Assembly (NCBI GenBank): GCA_963721455.1
Contig: CAVRJG010000028.1
Location: 1 to 25,124 of the forward strand
From: an uncultured Methanosarcinaceae archaeon
GTDB lineage: Archaea > Halobacteriota > Methanosarcinia > Methanosarcinales > Methanosarcinaceae
Direction: 5' to 3'
Length of the DNA: 25,124 nt
Shown here: positions 9,609 through 19,730 of the stretch, piece after piece
Numbering within the stretch: position 1 is the first letter of the stretch
Layout: each line of letters begins with the position of its first letter
Made by a program: the position numbers and the translations under genes
The notes under the pieces: generated by a model
What the model was told of the DNA's origin: nothing
The model's input: only the letters and a program-made list of their open reading frames with translations
The model's database searches: none

Positions 9609-10617
9609 TTCAATACCAGCCAAAATTCTACTTTACAGCACTGCTGCAGTTTTTCTTACACTTGGTATGAAGGCGATTTCAACTATACTGTTGCCGGTTT
9701 TTTTCGCTCTTTTTGCCTATTTAATCTTTGCCCCTCTGGTTCACTTGCTGCAGAGGAAAGGGGTTCCGGGAACGGTTAGTGTTCTTCTGGTGATCCTTTT
9801 TTTCATTTTTGTATTTATTGGAACCGCAATTCTGTTTGCAAGCTCTTTACTCCAGCTCAGTGGGCGAATTCCAAGCTATGAAAATCAGTTGACGAGTATT
9901 CTGAACAGTATTTCAACATATTTGCCTGCAGCTGGAGTTTCCGTGGAATCAGTCCTGCGAGATATTGCGACATTTGCTTTCAGCGTGTCTGGGGATATTA
10001 TTTCAGGAACCTTAAATGCCGGATCAACAATTGTGCTCATTGTTATCACGACAACGTTTTTACTTCTGGATGCTGCAGGTGTGCCAGAAAAGGTGCAAAA
10101 AGAAGTTGAAGAGCAACCAGTCCATCTTCCGCGGTTTACCGAATTAAGCAGAACCGTCATAAATTACATGCTCCTGAGGACTGAGACCAATTTGTTTGGA
10201 GGCATTGGAACTGCCATACTTCTCTTTATTGGGGGTATAGATTTTCCTATTCTCTGGGGCCTTCTGTTCTTCCTGTTCGGTTATATCCCTTATCTGGGTT
10301 TTTATCTTGCCGCTATTCCACCTATGTTACTTGGCCTGTTCAAATACGGGCCTATAGGGGCACTGGGTGTCCTTGCCGCCATCACTATTGTCAATGCGCT
10401 CGTAGAAAATGTTATTTTTCCATCTCTTGCGGGAAAAGGCCTTAAATTATCTCCGACGATTGTATTTCTTTCTTTATTTTACTGGTCTTATGTGCTTGGG
10501 ACTGCAGGCGCACTGGTTGCCGTACCCCTTACAATGGTCGTGAAGATGATCCTGGAAAGTTCCGAAGATACGCGCTGGATGGCTAAACTGATGGAATCAA
10601 GTGAAAGTAAAGAGTAA
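9592..10617 (+). CDS. AI-2E family transporter (start uncertain)
   Basis: Multiple TM segments, with FGYIPYLG, ENVIFPSLAGKGLKLSP and GALVAVPLT. The expected start after the RBS-like GGGGGATG is an in-frame ATA at 9592. Confidence 0.9.
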   Translation: MNANTSSIPAKILLYSTAAVFLTLGMKAISTILLPVFFALFAYLIFAPLVHLLQRKGVPGTVSVLLVILFFIFVFIGTAILFASSLLQLSGRIPSYENQLTSILNSISTYLPAAGVSVESVLRDIATFAFSVSGDIISGTLNAGSTIVLIVITTTFLLLDAAGVPEKVQKEVEEQPVHLPRFTELSRTVINYMLLRTETNLFGGIGTAILLFIGGIDFPILWGLLFFLFGYIPYLGFYLAAIPPMLLGLFKYGPIGALGVLAAITIVNALVENVIFPSLAGKGLKLSPTIVFLSLFYWSYVLGTAGALVAVPLTMVVKMILESSEDTRWMAKLMESSESKE

Positions 10618-10859
10618 AGTGAAGAAGGATAGGCAAGAATGTTTTTTGAAATTATGAAGATAACGATCTCAAAAAGGTAGTAAAGCTTTAATTCATCCAG
10701 GGAATCTTAATCGGAATACTCGATAAAGTATGTAAATCCGTATAAAATAATATACATAAAAGTCGCAGTATATTAGTAGCCTGCTGAATCCTATCGGCTT
10801 GCTTAATCCGGGCCTGCGAATTGGGATCACAGGCTCTGCAAAGAATGAAAGGGGAAATA

Positions 10860-11048
10860 ATATTAAAATTGGCCGAATGCAAAGCTTGCGTGTCGTTTTC
10901 CGATATTATTGGGTAGACAACCGGCAAGTCCTTGCCTGACTGATTTGATCCTATGCGGGCCGAAAGGGGGTGCAAAATCCTATAGTTGACGGCAAAATCT
11001 GCGGTTGAATAGCTGGTCTCTGACGGGGGTATGCTGACAGGCAGAAAC
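10860..11048 (+). pseudogene. Highly degraded N-terminal relic of a large arylsulfatase
   Basis: Reads LAECKACVSFSDIIG*TTGKSLPD*FDPMRAERG and later LTGRN. It parallels the relic at 19731, including similar upstream DNA. Confidence 0.55.
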
Positions 11049-11321
11049 TGCTTCATTCCGGTTTCCTAATACGGTAAGTCCCCTACTATCCAGTGTGGGG
11101 TAACTTTGAACTTTCCCTTTTCTTGAAGATCTTCGAAAGCCCGCAGTATCTTCTAAAATGCCGAAAAATGCCTGATACCGTATGAAAAAAATACTGTCTG
11201 CCCGGAGGCGAAGTCGTAGCCTTCGTGAGCAGGAAATAACTGGAATAGCAATTCCGCATAAATCCGAGGACATAAAAATAACGGCAAATCAAATTCGTAA
11301 ATGAAGGAGGAGATTTGAGTA

Positions 11322-11810
11322 ATGGCAACTTTAACAGTTCTAAAGTTTGAAACTACTGATGGTGCTGAAAGGGCGCTTCATATGATTCAAGATCTGAGCA
11401 AGCAGAATCTGATCAATCTGCATGATGCAGCCATAGTCACCTGGCCTGTGGATAAAAAGAAACCCAAAACCAAACAATTGTCTGATTTATCAGGTGTAGG
11501 AGCACTGAGCGGCGCTTTTTGGGGCATGCTGCTTGGTATTATCTTCTTTGTTCCCATATTTGGCATGGTTGTTGGAGCCACATTGGGTGCACTGAGCGGT
11601 TCCATGGCAGATATTGGAATCAGTGATGATTTCATCCGATCCGTCCGTAGCAAAGTAACTCCAGGTACGTCAGCACTCTTTTTGATGACCAGCGATGCCG
11701 TGCAGGATAGGGTAGCGGAAGCCGCCAAAGGAATGAAGTTTGAGCTCATTGCTTCCAACCTGTCTAAAGACGAAGAGGAAAAGCTGCGTGCAGCCTTTGC
11801 CGAAGAATAA
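11322..11810 (+). CDS. DUF1269 family membrane protein
   Basis: LHDAAIVTW, Gly-rich TM hairpin GALSGAFWGMLLGIIFFVP, DIGISDDFI..PGTSALF. RBS GGAGG. Confidence 0.9.
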   Translation: MATLTVLKFETTDGAERALHMIQDLSKQNLINLHDAAIVTWPVDKKKPKTKQLSDLSGVGALSGAFWGMLLGIIFFVPIFGMVVGATLGALSGSMADIGISDDFIRSVRSKVTPGTSALFLMTSDAVQDRVAEAAKGMKFELIASNLSKDEEEKLRAAFAEE

Positions 11811-11827
11811 TCCATGCAATAAAATAA

Positions 11828-11873
11828 GGTTTCACCAGGGGGTCTACTCTCTGGAAACCACTTTTGCTTTTTT
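11828..11873 (+). terminator. Hairpin plus T-tract after DUF1269
   Basis: GGTTTCACCAG..CTGGAAACC followed by TTTTGCTTTTTT. Confidence 0.5.
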
Positions 11874-11993
11874 GAAATTGATAAGCAGGCAAGCGAATTA
11901 AGAATTTTAACTAAAATATTTGATACCTTTCGGGCCTTTGTCACAAAAATCTAAAGAATGTATTGACACCAATCCTGATAAAAGGGAGTGGAA

Positions 11994-13307
11994 ATGACAA
12001 AAAACTATCTGCCACCCAGAATTCATGTGCTGGCAAAACCCACAGGGGCTATCTGCAACCTGGCCTGTTCCTACTGTTTTTTTCTGGACAAGGAACTGCT
12101 CTATCCAGGCAGCAAGTTTCGCATGTCAGACGAAGTGCTCGAGAGTTACATCCGGCAGCTTGTCAAAGCTCACCGCAGCCCGCAGGTAACCGTTGCCTGG
12201 CAGGGGGGCGAACCCACGCTTATGGACATTGACTTTTATCGACATGCAATCGAACTGCAGGAAAAGTACAGAAAGCCGGACATGACGTTCGAAAACACGA
12301 TGCAAACCAACGGCACACTCCTTAACGACGAATGGTGCCGGTTCTTTAAGGAAAACAACTTTCTTATCGGGATCAGCATCGACGGCCCGCGTGAACTGCA
12401 TGATGCCTACCGGGTGGACAAAAAGGGAGAGGGGACCTTCGACCGGGTCATGAAGGGACTGCGCCTCCTGCAAAAACATGGTGTGGAATATAATATCCTG
12501 ACCACAGTCAACCGGATCAATGCCGATTATCCGCTGGAAGTCTACCACTTCCTGCGGGATGAAGCAAGGACAGACTGGATTCAGTTTATTCCGGTTGTAG
12601 AGCGAATCGATGAAAAGGGACATACCCTTTGCCAGAAGGGAGACAGGGTTTCAAATCGTTCAGTACTTCCTGAACAGTTTGGCAGTTTCCTGAGCCGCAT
12701 CTTCGACGAGTGGGTGAAAAATGATGTGGGGAAGGTATTCGTGCAGACTTTTGAAGCTTCCGCACGCAGATGGCTGGGGTTGCCTTCAGGCATGTGCGTT
12801 TTTGAGGAAACGTGCGGAATGGGACTTGCTCTGGAGCACAACGGGGATCTCTACTCATGCGACCATTTTGTGGAGCCTGACTATCTGCTCGGGAATATTA
12901 TGGAAAAAGAGATTCTCGAGCTTGCATCCTCAGAAAGGCAGTACAGGTTCGGGCAGAATAAACGTGATTTGCTGCCGCAGGTGTGTCGTGAATGTGACGT
13001 GCTCTTCGCCTGTAGAGGGGAATGCCCAAAAAATCGATTCCTGACCACCACTGACTGCGCACAGGGACTGAACTACCTCTGTGAGGGCTGGAAAGTTTTC
13101 TTTCACCACATTGACTTTCCGATGCAGATTATGGCAGGGTTGATACGTAGAGGTTATCCGGCAGCAGAGGTGATGCGAGTCCTGGCCCTGGAAGAAGCTT
13201 TTGAACATGCCGGACGCAATGATCCCTGCCCCTGCGGTAGCGGTCGAAAGTTCAAACGCTGTCACAGCCATCATAAAGGAGGACAGGAAGGGAGAAATCA
13301 GAAGTAG
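11994..13307 (+). CDS. Anaerobic sulfatase maturase (radical SAM/SPASM, AtsB/AslB-like) with C-terminal SEC-C motif
   Basis: CNLACSYC, WQGGEP, QTNG, SIDGP. SPASM cysteines CVFEETC..YSCDH..CRECDVLFACRGECPKNR. Tail GRNDPCPCGSGRKFKRCH. ATG at 11994 follows GGGAGTG. Confidence 0.95.
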   Translation: MTKNYLPPRIHVLAKPTGAICNLACSYCFFLDKELLYPGSKFRMSDEVLESYIRQLVKAHRSPQVTVAWQGGEPTLMDIDFYRHAIELQEKYRKPDMTFENTMQTNGTLLNDEWCRFFKENNFLIGISIDGPRELHDAYRVDKKGEGTFDRVMKGLRLLQKHGVEYNILTTVNRINADYPLEVYHFLRDEARTDWIQFIPVVERIDEKGHTLCQKGDRVSNRSVLPEQFGSFLSRIFDEWVKNDVGKVFVQTFEASARRWLGLPSGMCVFEETCGMGLALEHNGDLYSCDHFVEPDYLLGNIMEKEILELASSERQYRFGQNKRDLLPQVCRECDVLFACRGECPKNRFLTTTDCAQGLNYLCEGWKVFFHHIDFPMQIMAGLIRRGYPAAEVMRVLALEEAFEHAGRNDPCPCGSGRKFKRCHSHHKGGQEGRNQK

Positions 13308-13465
13308 AGAACACACAGGGCTCAGCCACGGCCCAGATCTGTTTTATGAAAGAAATAAAGTGGGTAGTGGATAAAAAAATCCATATTTTTGTTCTATCCA
13401 ACATCGGAAGTCTGCTTAAAAGTGTTGACTTGAGATATCAACAAATATATTATAGGGGGTTAAGA

Positions 13466-14956
13466 ATGACAGAAAAGAAACCAAACATACTGGTCATCTG
13501 GGGGGATGACATTGGCATTAGCAACCTCAGTTGCTACAGCGACGGGCTGATGGGCTACAGAACGCCCAACATTGACAGGATAGCTGCCGAAGGTATCAGA
13601 TTTACAGACTCTTACGGGGAGCAGAGCTGTACTGCCGGCAGGGCATCTTTTATCACCGGGCAAAGTGCCTTCCGTACCGGGCTGAGCAAGGTGGGTATGC
13701 CCGGGGCCAGGCTGGGGATCAGGCCAGAGGACCCAACAATTGCCGAACTGCTGAAACCGTTGGGCTACGCCACGGGCCAGTTTGGAAAAAACCATCTTGG
13801 TGACCGGAATGAACACCTGCCCACAAATCACGGTTTTGATGAGTTCTATGGCAACCTTTATCACCTGAATGCTGAGGAAGAACCGGAAAACCCCGACTAT
13901 CCATCTGAAGAGGATTTTCCTAATTTTAAGAAGAACTATGGTCCCAGAGGCGTAATCCACAGCTACGCCGACGGCCGCATCGAAGACACCGGCCCGTTGA
14001 CCAGAAAACGTATGGAAGACGTAGACCAAGAGTTTCTAGATGCTGCCATCGATTTCATCAAGCGCCAGCATGCGGCTGGCAAGCCGTTCTTTGTCTGGTT
14101 CAATACAACCTGGATGCACTTCCGGGTTCATATCCCGGACAGGATAAGGGGCCAGTCGGGACGCTGGCAGTCGGAATACCACGACGGTATGATCGAACAC
14201 GACCGGCAGGTGGGAATGCTGCTGAATTTGCTGGACGAAATTGGGATCGCAGAAGACACCATCGTTGTCTACAGCACGGACAACGGACCCCATATGAATA
14301 CCTGGCCCGATGCGGCCATGACTCCATTCCGCAATGAGAAAAACTCCTGCTGGGAAGGAGCTTTCCGTGTTCCTGAGGTAATGCGCTGGCCTGGCAAGAT
14401 CCAGGCAGGAATGGTTTCTAACGAGATTGTTAGTCACCTTGACTGGCTGCCCACTTTACTTGCAGTAGCAGGAGAGCCGGATATTAAGGAAAAACTCAAA
14501 AAAGGCTACAAAGCAGGAGACAAAAATTTTAAGGTACACCTTGACGGCTATAACCTGCTCCCCTACCTGACCGGGAAGGAAAAGAAATCCCCACGGATCG
14601 AATTCTTTTATTTCTCCGATGATGGAGACCTGGTAGCTCTCAGGTACGATAACTGGAAAATGATCTTTATGGAGCAGCGTGCCATTGGTACGTTACAGGT
14701 CTGGGCTGAACCTTTTGTCCCGCTGCGCGTACCGAAAATCTTCAACCTGCGTACGGATCCTTATGAAAGGGCCGATCAGACCTCAAATACTTACTATGAC
14801 TGGCTTCTCGACCATGCCTTCCTGCTGGTGCCTTCCCAGAGAGTAGTGGGAGACTTTTTGGCAACATTTGAAGAGTATCCTCCACGTCAGAGAGCGGCCA
14901 GTTTTACAGTTGATCAGGCAATGGATAAGCTCTTGCAGGGAATTGGCAGCACCTGA
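13466..14956 (+). CDS. Arylsulfatase (formylglycine-dependent S1 sulfatase), CxAxR type, no signal peptide
   Basis: KPNILVIWGDDIG, TPNIDRIA, SCTAGRASFITG, GKNHLG, STDNG, EGAFRVP. ATG at 13466 follows GGGGGT. Confidence 0.95.
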   Translation: MTEKKPNILVIWGDDIGISNLSCYSDGLMGYRTPNIDRIAAEGIRFTDSYGEQSCTAGRASFITGQSAFRTGLSKVGMPGARLGIRPEDPTIAELLKPLGYATGQFGKNHLGDRNEHLPTNHGFDEFYGNLYHLNAEEEPENPDYPSEEDFPNFKKNYGPRGVIHSYADGRIEDTGPLTRKRMEDVDQEFLDAAIDFIKRQHAAGKPFFVWFNTTWMHFRVHIPDRIRGQSGRWQSEYHDGMIEHDRQVGMLLNLLDEIGIAEDTIVVYSTDNGPHMNTWPDAAMTPFRNEKNSCWEGAFRVPEVMRWPGKIQAGMVSNEIVSHLDWLPTLLAVAGEPDIKEKLKKGYKAGDKNFKVHLDGYNLLPYLTGKEKKSPRIEFFYFSDDGDLVALRYDNWKMIFMEQRAIGTLQVWAEPFVPLRVPKIFNLRTDPYERADQTSNTYYDWLLDHAFLLVPSQRVVGDFLATFEEYPPRQRAASFTVDQAMDKLLQGIGST

Positions 14957-15018
14957 CGGTTAAAGTTCCGTATCTGAAACATACCACTTCTTGCATATAT
15001 GAAAGCTCTGTATTACAG

Positions 15019-15150
15019 AGTAAACTATCTGCATGTGGAATCAAAACAGACTTTCTGGCTGAAAATGCCATCAGGTGCCCGAAGGCTCAAAAATCCCAGA
15101 GAGCTCTCAAAAGAAGATGTTACTGATATTACGGGAAATCATATGAGCTG
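15019..15150 (+). pseudogene. Possible C-terminal relic of an iron-containing alcohol dehydrogenase
   Basis: Across frameshifts: SKLSACGIKTDFLAENAIR..NPRELSKEDVTDI(Y)GKSY, resembling Fe-ADH C-terminal helices. Confidence 0.4.
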
Positions 15151-15523
15151 AAAGGGTACCTTAAATTGAGAACTCAAAAACCTGCTGGAAACGGTGATGC
15201 AATAAATCAACAACGAGCAACTTAACTGCAGTCTGCTAAACGAAGTTCCTTTATATTATAAATATTAAAATTATAAAAACGTTTTATTACTGCATATTTA
15301 TCCATTCATTTATTCATGAACATGTCTGGACAGTCTGAAGAGTCATAGCTTAGACTATAATCGGAAGCAGGTTCCAGTGTCACTAAGTTGCCGGGGCTGG
15401 AAGGCTAACCAGTATAATCTTCCCCAATTCCATAACAGGATAAATATGCGATCCTAAGGAATAGACAACCCGCAAGGGAAGGTAAGCCAAATGCAGTAAC
15501 AAAAGGACAAAAGGAGTGATTTT

Positions 15524-16051
15524 ATGAGACGAATCTTGGGCGGTCTCAGGGGCCGTGGGGCAGAAAGCATACAACGCTACAAAATGCACGAAAAACTTGT
15601 TTCTATAGGAGACGACTACTGGATAGAAAACGAAGCTGGGGAGAGGGCATTCTATGTTGACGGCAAAGCTCTCCGCCTGCGCAACACCCTGATTATCAAG
15701 GATGTGCAGGGTAATGAGATATATAAACTCCAGGAGAAGCTTCTCAGGATAAAGGATACGATGGACGTCCTGGACGCTAACGGAAAAACAGCTGCAACGA
15801 TCAAAAAAGCTCTGATCGCACCTCTCCGCGACCGCTGGAAAGTTGAAGTCGCAAATGGACCTGAAATGGATGTCCAGGGCAATATTTTGGACCATGAATA
15901 CAAGATTGAGGCTGGGAGGGAAAAAGTCGCAGAGGTCTCGAAAAGATGGTTCCGGATAAGAGATACTTATGGAGTGGAGATTGAGCCCGGACAGGACAAT
16001 GCTCTTATCCTGGCGATTGCAGCTGCGCTCGATCAGATGGTACATGACTGA
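15524..16051 (+). CDS. LURP-one-related/scramblase-like (YxjI-type) protein
   Basis: YKMHEKLVSIGDDYWIEN..VDGK, GNILDHEY, VSKRWFRIRDTYGVEI, C-terminal helix ALILAIAAALD. RBS GGAGTG. Confidence 0.85.
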   Translation: MRRILGGLRGRGAESIQRYKMHEKLVSIGDDYWIENEAGERAFYVDGKALRLRNTLIIKDVQGNEIYKLQEKLLRIKDTMDVLDANGKTAATIKKALIAPLRDRWKVEVANGPEMDVQGNILDHEYKIEAGREKVAEVSKRWFRIRDTYGVEIEPGQDNALILAIAAALDQMVHD

Positions 16052-16573
16052 TAAAATCCGTACTTAAATATCTCCGTGGTTACAGATTTTGATTTTGTCT
16101 TTCCTTGCCCTCCATATTGTGGAGACTCAAATCTTCTGGCAGTTGTAATTTTTTCGCAGGCTTAGTGCCTATCCGAAAAGTAAAGAGTACATGTTTGTAG
16201 TTATAATCGATCCATAATATCCCAGTATCCGCTCCAATTGTGCATACTTCCACTTTAAGGTACCACTTAGTTACAATACTTCTCTGATATCTAATGCGAT
16301 CAGAATAATATATGTATTATTATCCAGATAATATTATACAAACTTTTAGATCAATGGAATCGATGACCTCGATCGATTCTACTCTTTAAACGTAAAGGGG
16401 GGAATAGAGTTAAATCTGGATTAAGTAGCTTGTCTGTTTTAACGATTTTCCTGTTACTAAGTGTATCTACCTATATCACTTTGGATCGGGAACGATTACT
16501 GTTCAGTGACATTCCTAATGACAAGATTATGCACTGATAAAGGCAAGCATACAGGGAGGCATATGGAGGAATT

Positions 16574-17454
16574 ATGGACGATGAGATGAAAACCCAGCCT
16601 ATGGACAGCGAGATGAAAATTCAGCCGCCCGTGCCGGTGGTCAGGCGAAATTTCTGGCTAAAAGTTTTATCGACTGCAGCAGTTTTCTATGTTCTCTTAC
16701 TGGTGATCTTGCTGCTGACAGGCAATCCCGTCTGTTCCCCACCGTGGTGATGGTCGGCAGCTTTATGGTTCCTGTTGCCTATGTGGCGTTCTTTATACGA
16801 GCGCAGGTATCTCAGTCACCTGACAGTGCCTACAGTCTCCCTGGCTTTCCTGTATGGCGGGTTACTGGGTTCATTGCTGCTTCCTTTTTAGGGCCATTTT
16901 TTATCGGCAAGGTGGATCTCGTCGCGATTCTAAAAATAGGTCTGATTGAAGAATTTGCCAAAATTCTGGGGGTAGTGGTGATTGCACGCCTCAGATGGCA
17001 TGACTCGGAAATGGACGGGTTGATCCTGGGCGCAGCGGCGGGGATGGGGTTTGCGGCCCTGGAAAGCACCGGTTACGCCTTTACTGCCTTCCTGAAGAGC
17101 AATGGGAGCATTTCGGCAACCGTGGAAGTTACCTTGCTCCGGGGTCTGCTTTCTCCGCTGGGGCACGGGACCTGGACGGCGATTTTAGCCAGCGTGCTTT
17201 TCCGTGAAAGCAGGAATGGTCGCTTCCGCATCAATCTGCAGGTGATTGGCGCTTATATATTCGTTTCCATCCTGCACTCAATGTGGGACGGACTGCCCCT
17301 GGTCATTACTTACATCTTTGGCCCGGGGTTAGACGTGTTAATCGCCTGGAGCGTGATCGGCTTTATTGGATTGTATGTTCTCAGGCTTCGCTGGCGAGAA
17401 GCGGTCAGGTTACAAACGGTTTTGCCACCGGAAACCGAGGACAATAGTACCTGA
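16574..17454 (+). pseudogene. PrsW family intramembrane metalloprotease with frameshifts in the 5' part
   Basis: Motifs IEEFAK, GFAALES, LGHGTW and ILHSMWD. ATG at 16574 follows GGAGG. One indel near 16730 and a compensating pair at ~16797 and ~16868. Confidence 0.8.
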
Positions 17455-17513
17455 AAGGAGGAGTAGGCATCAAACAGTAGAATGGTGATGCGATTATCAC
17501 AACGCGGTTCTGT

Positions 17514-18577
17514 GATTATCCACCTGAAAAAGACTTTCCTAATTTCCGGAAGAATTATGGTCCAAGGGGTGTACTCCACAGCTACGCCGACGGTCGCATC
17601 GAGGACACCGGCCCGTTGACCAGGAAACGAATGGAAACCGTAGATCTGGAGTTTCTAGAGGCAGCCATTGATTTCATCAAACGCCAGCATGCAGGCTGGC
17701 AAGCCGTTCTTTATCTGGTTCAATACCAACCATGGATGCACTTCCGGGTTCACATCCCGGACAGGATAAGGGGCCAGTCGAGACGCTGGCAGTCGGAATA
17801 CCACGACGGTATGATCGAACACGACCGGCAGGTGGGAATGCTGCTGAATTTGCTGGATGAACTTGGAATTGCAGAAGACACCATTGTTGTCTACAGCACG
17901 GACAACGGACCCCATATGAATACCTGGCTCGATGCGGCCATGACTCCGTTCCGCAACGAGAAAAACTCCTGCTGGGAGGGAGCTTTCCGTGTTCCTGAGG
18001 TAATGCGCTGGCCTGGCAAGATCCCTGCAGGTACAATTTCTAACGAGATTGTTAGTCACCTTGACTGGCTGCCCACTTTACTTGCGGTAGCAGGAGAGCC
18101 GGATATTAAGGAAAAGCTCAAAAAAGGCTATAGAGCAGGGGACAAGATTTTTACCGTGCATCTTGACGGCTATAACCTGCTCCCCTACCTGACCGGGAAG
18201 GAAGAAAATCCCCACGGATAGAATTCTTTTATTTCTCCGATGATGGAGACCTGGTAGCTCTCAGGTACGACAACTGGAAAATGATCTTTATGGAGCAGCG
18301 TGCCATTGGTACGTTACAGGTATGGGCTGAACCTTTTGTCCCGCTGCGCGTACCGAAAATCTTCAACCTGCGCACCGATCCTTATGAAAGGGCCGATCAG
18401 ACCTCAAATACTTACTATGACTGGCTTCTCGACCATGCCTTCCTGCTGGTGCCTGCCCAGAGTGTAGTGGGAGACTTTTTGGCAACATTTGAAGAGTATC
18501 CTCCACGCCAGAGAGCGGCCAGTTTTACAGTTGACAGGGTAATGGAAAAGCTTTTGCAGGGAATCGGGAGCACCTGA
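17514..18577 (+). pseudogene. 5'-truncated, frameshifted paralog of the arylsulfatase at 13466
   Basis: Aligns with 13895-14956. Lacks the first ~143 codons, including the catalytic CTAGR. Indels near 17693-17733 and ~18205. Confidence 0.92.
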
Positions 18578-18818
18578 TGGTGGGAGTTATCGGAAGTACA
18601 TTCTTATCCGGGCACCTTTGTCTCTGATTCCGGTGTAGAAGGTGCTATTTTTCCAGGAGTCTTGCCGGCGGTTAGCATCTTTATTTAAAGAGCAGTAAAC
18701 TGGGTACTGATACCATTTCAAATTACTGTTGCAGTTTTACCGGCTTAGAAGATAGTTCTGTGCAATACAGGCTGGCGATAAGTAAAAACAAAAAGACAAA
18801 GAAAGGAGGAGTCTGCTA

Positions 18819-19379
18819 ATGAAAGTCGTGAGATTTATTGCAGCAATACGCTTCTTCGTATTGATTCCGGTGATAGGGTTGGCGATCGCCGCCTGCGCTT
18901 TGTTTATTAAAGGCGGAATCGATATTGTTCACTTCATGGGAGAACTGATTACAGGAATAACAGAGACAGATCCAGAGGCGAGTATCATCGTTGAAATTGT
19001 GGAAACTGTCCATCTCTTCTTAGTCGGTACAGTGCTCTTCCTTACTTCTTTCGGGCTCTACCAGTTGTTTATCCAGCCGCTCCCTTTACCGGCATGGGTG
19101 AAAATAACTGATATTGAGGAACTGGAGTTAAACCTTGTTGGGCTCACCATTGTTGTGCTGGGAGTCAACTTCTTGAGCGTGATCTTTGAACCACAAGAAA
19201 TAAACCTGGCTTTTTATGGAATAGGTTATGCCTTACCCATCGCAGCGCTTGCTTACTTTATGAAGGTGCGTTCACATATGACCAGGCGGGGTAATGAGGA
19301 GGAGTGCCTGACAGCCATCGGAGAGGTGGCCTCTGTAGACAGTAAATCGAGCTGGCTATCAAACGAAAAGAGAGATTGA
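18819..19379 (+). CDS. YqhA/UPF0114 family membrane protein
   Basis: Four TM segments, with VHLFLVGTVLFLTSFGLYQLFI..LPAWVKITDIEEL. RBS GGAGG. Confidence 0.8.
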   Translation: MKVVRFIAAIRFFVLIPVIGLAIAACALFIKGGIDIVHFMGELITGITETDPEASIIVEIVETVHLFLVGTVLFLTSFGLYQLFIQPLPLPAWVKITDIEELELNLVGLTIVVLGVNFLSVIFEPQEINLAFYGIGYALPIAALAYFMKVRSHMTRRGNEEECLTAIGEVASVDSKSSWLSNEKRD

Positions 19380-19730
19380 AGTCAGATTAATTGTCTCACT
19401 TCTTCTTTGGAGATTGCTCTTCACGGGCTGCTACGTTAAATCCTTGATAGCTCTTCAATAGATTTTCCCGGAAGATATAGACCTTCTCAACTGAAGAAAT
19501 GAAAACCTTTTTTGTCGGAAATAGCTCGATTCTCTTCTTTGCAGTACAGCAGCTTGAAAAGAACAGCAAGTCGCAAATGCAGGCAGGCTGAAACAACAAT
19601 TATCGAAACAAGATAAAATATATAAAAGTAAATTTATAAATATAGGCAAGTAAATAGATTAAAGATCGAACCGTTGAACTGCGAACCAGGGAGTGGTCTT
19701 GCGGGTTCTGAAAGAGTGGGAGGGGGAATA

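Noticed and set aside
10688-11328. Minus-strand ORFs of 80-122 aa
   Set aside because: No motifs. Part of the region is better explained as a plus-strand sulfatase relic.
13346-13465. 40-aa N-terminal extension of the sulfatase
   Set aside because: AT-rich and not signal-peptide-like. The ATG at 13466 has an RBS and directly precedes KPNIL.
16355-16379. TGGAATCGATG match to the IS630-A end within a short inverted repeat
   Set aside because: Only 11 bp, lacks the terminal CACTAG, and has no partner end.
17453-17513. Possible relic of a second yqhA start (shares GAAAGGAGGAGT with 18801)
   Set aside because: Similarity beyond the RBS is too short to support a call.
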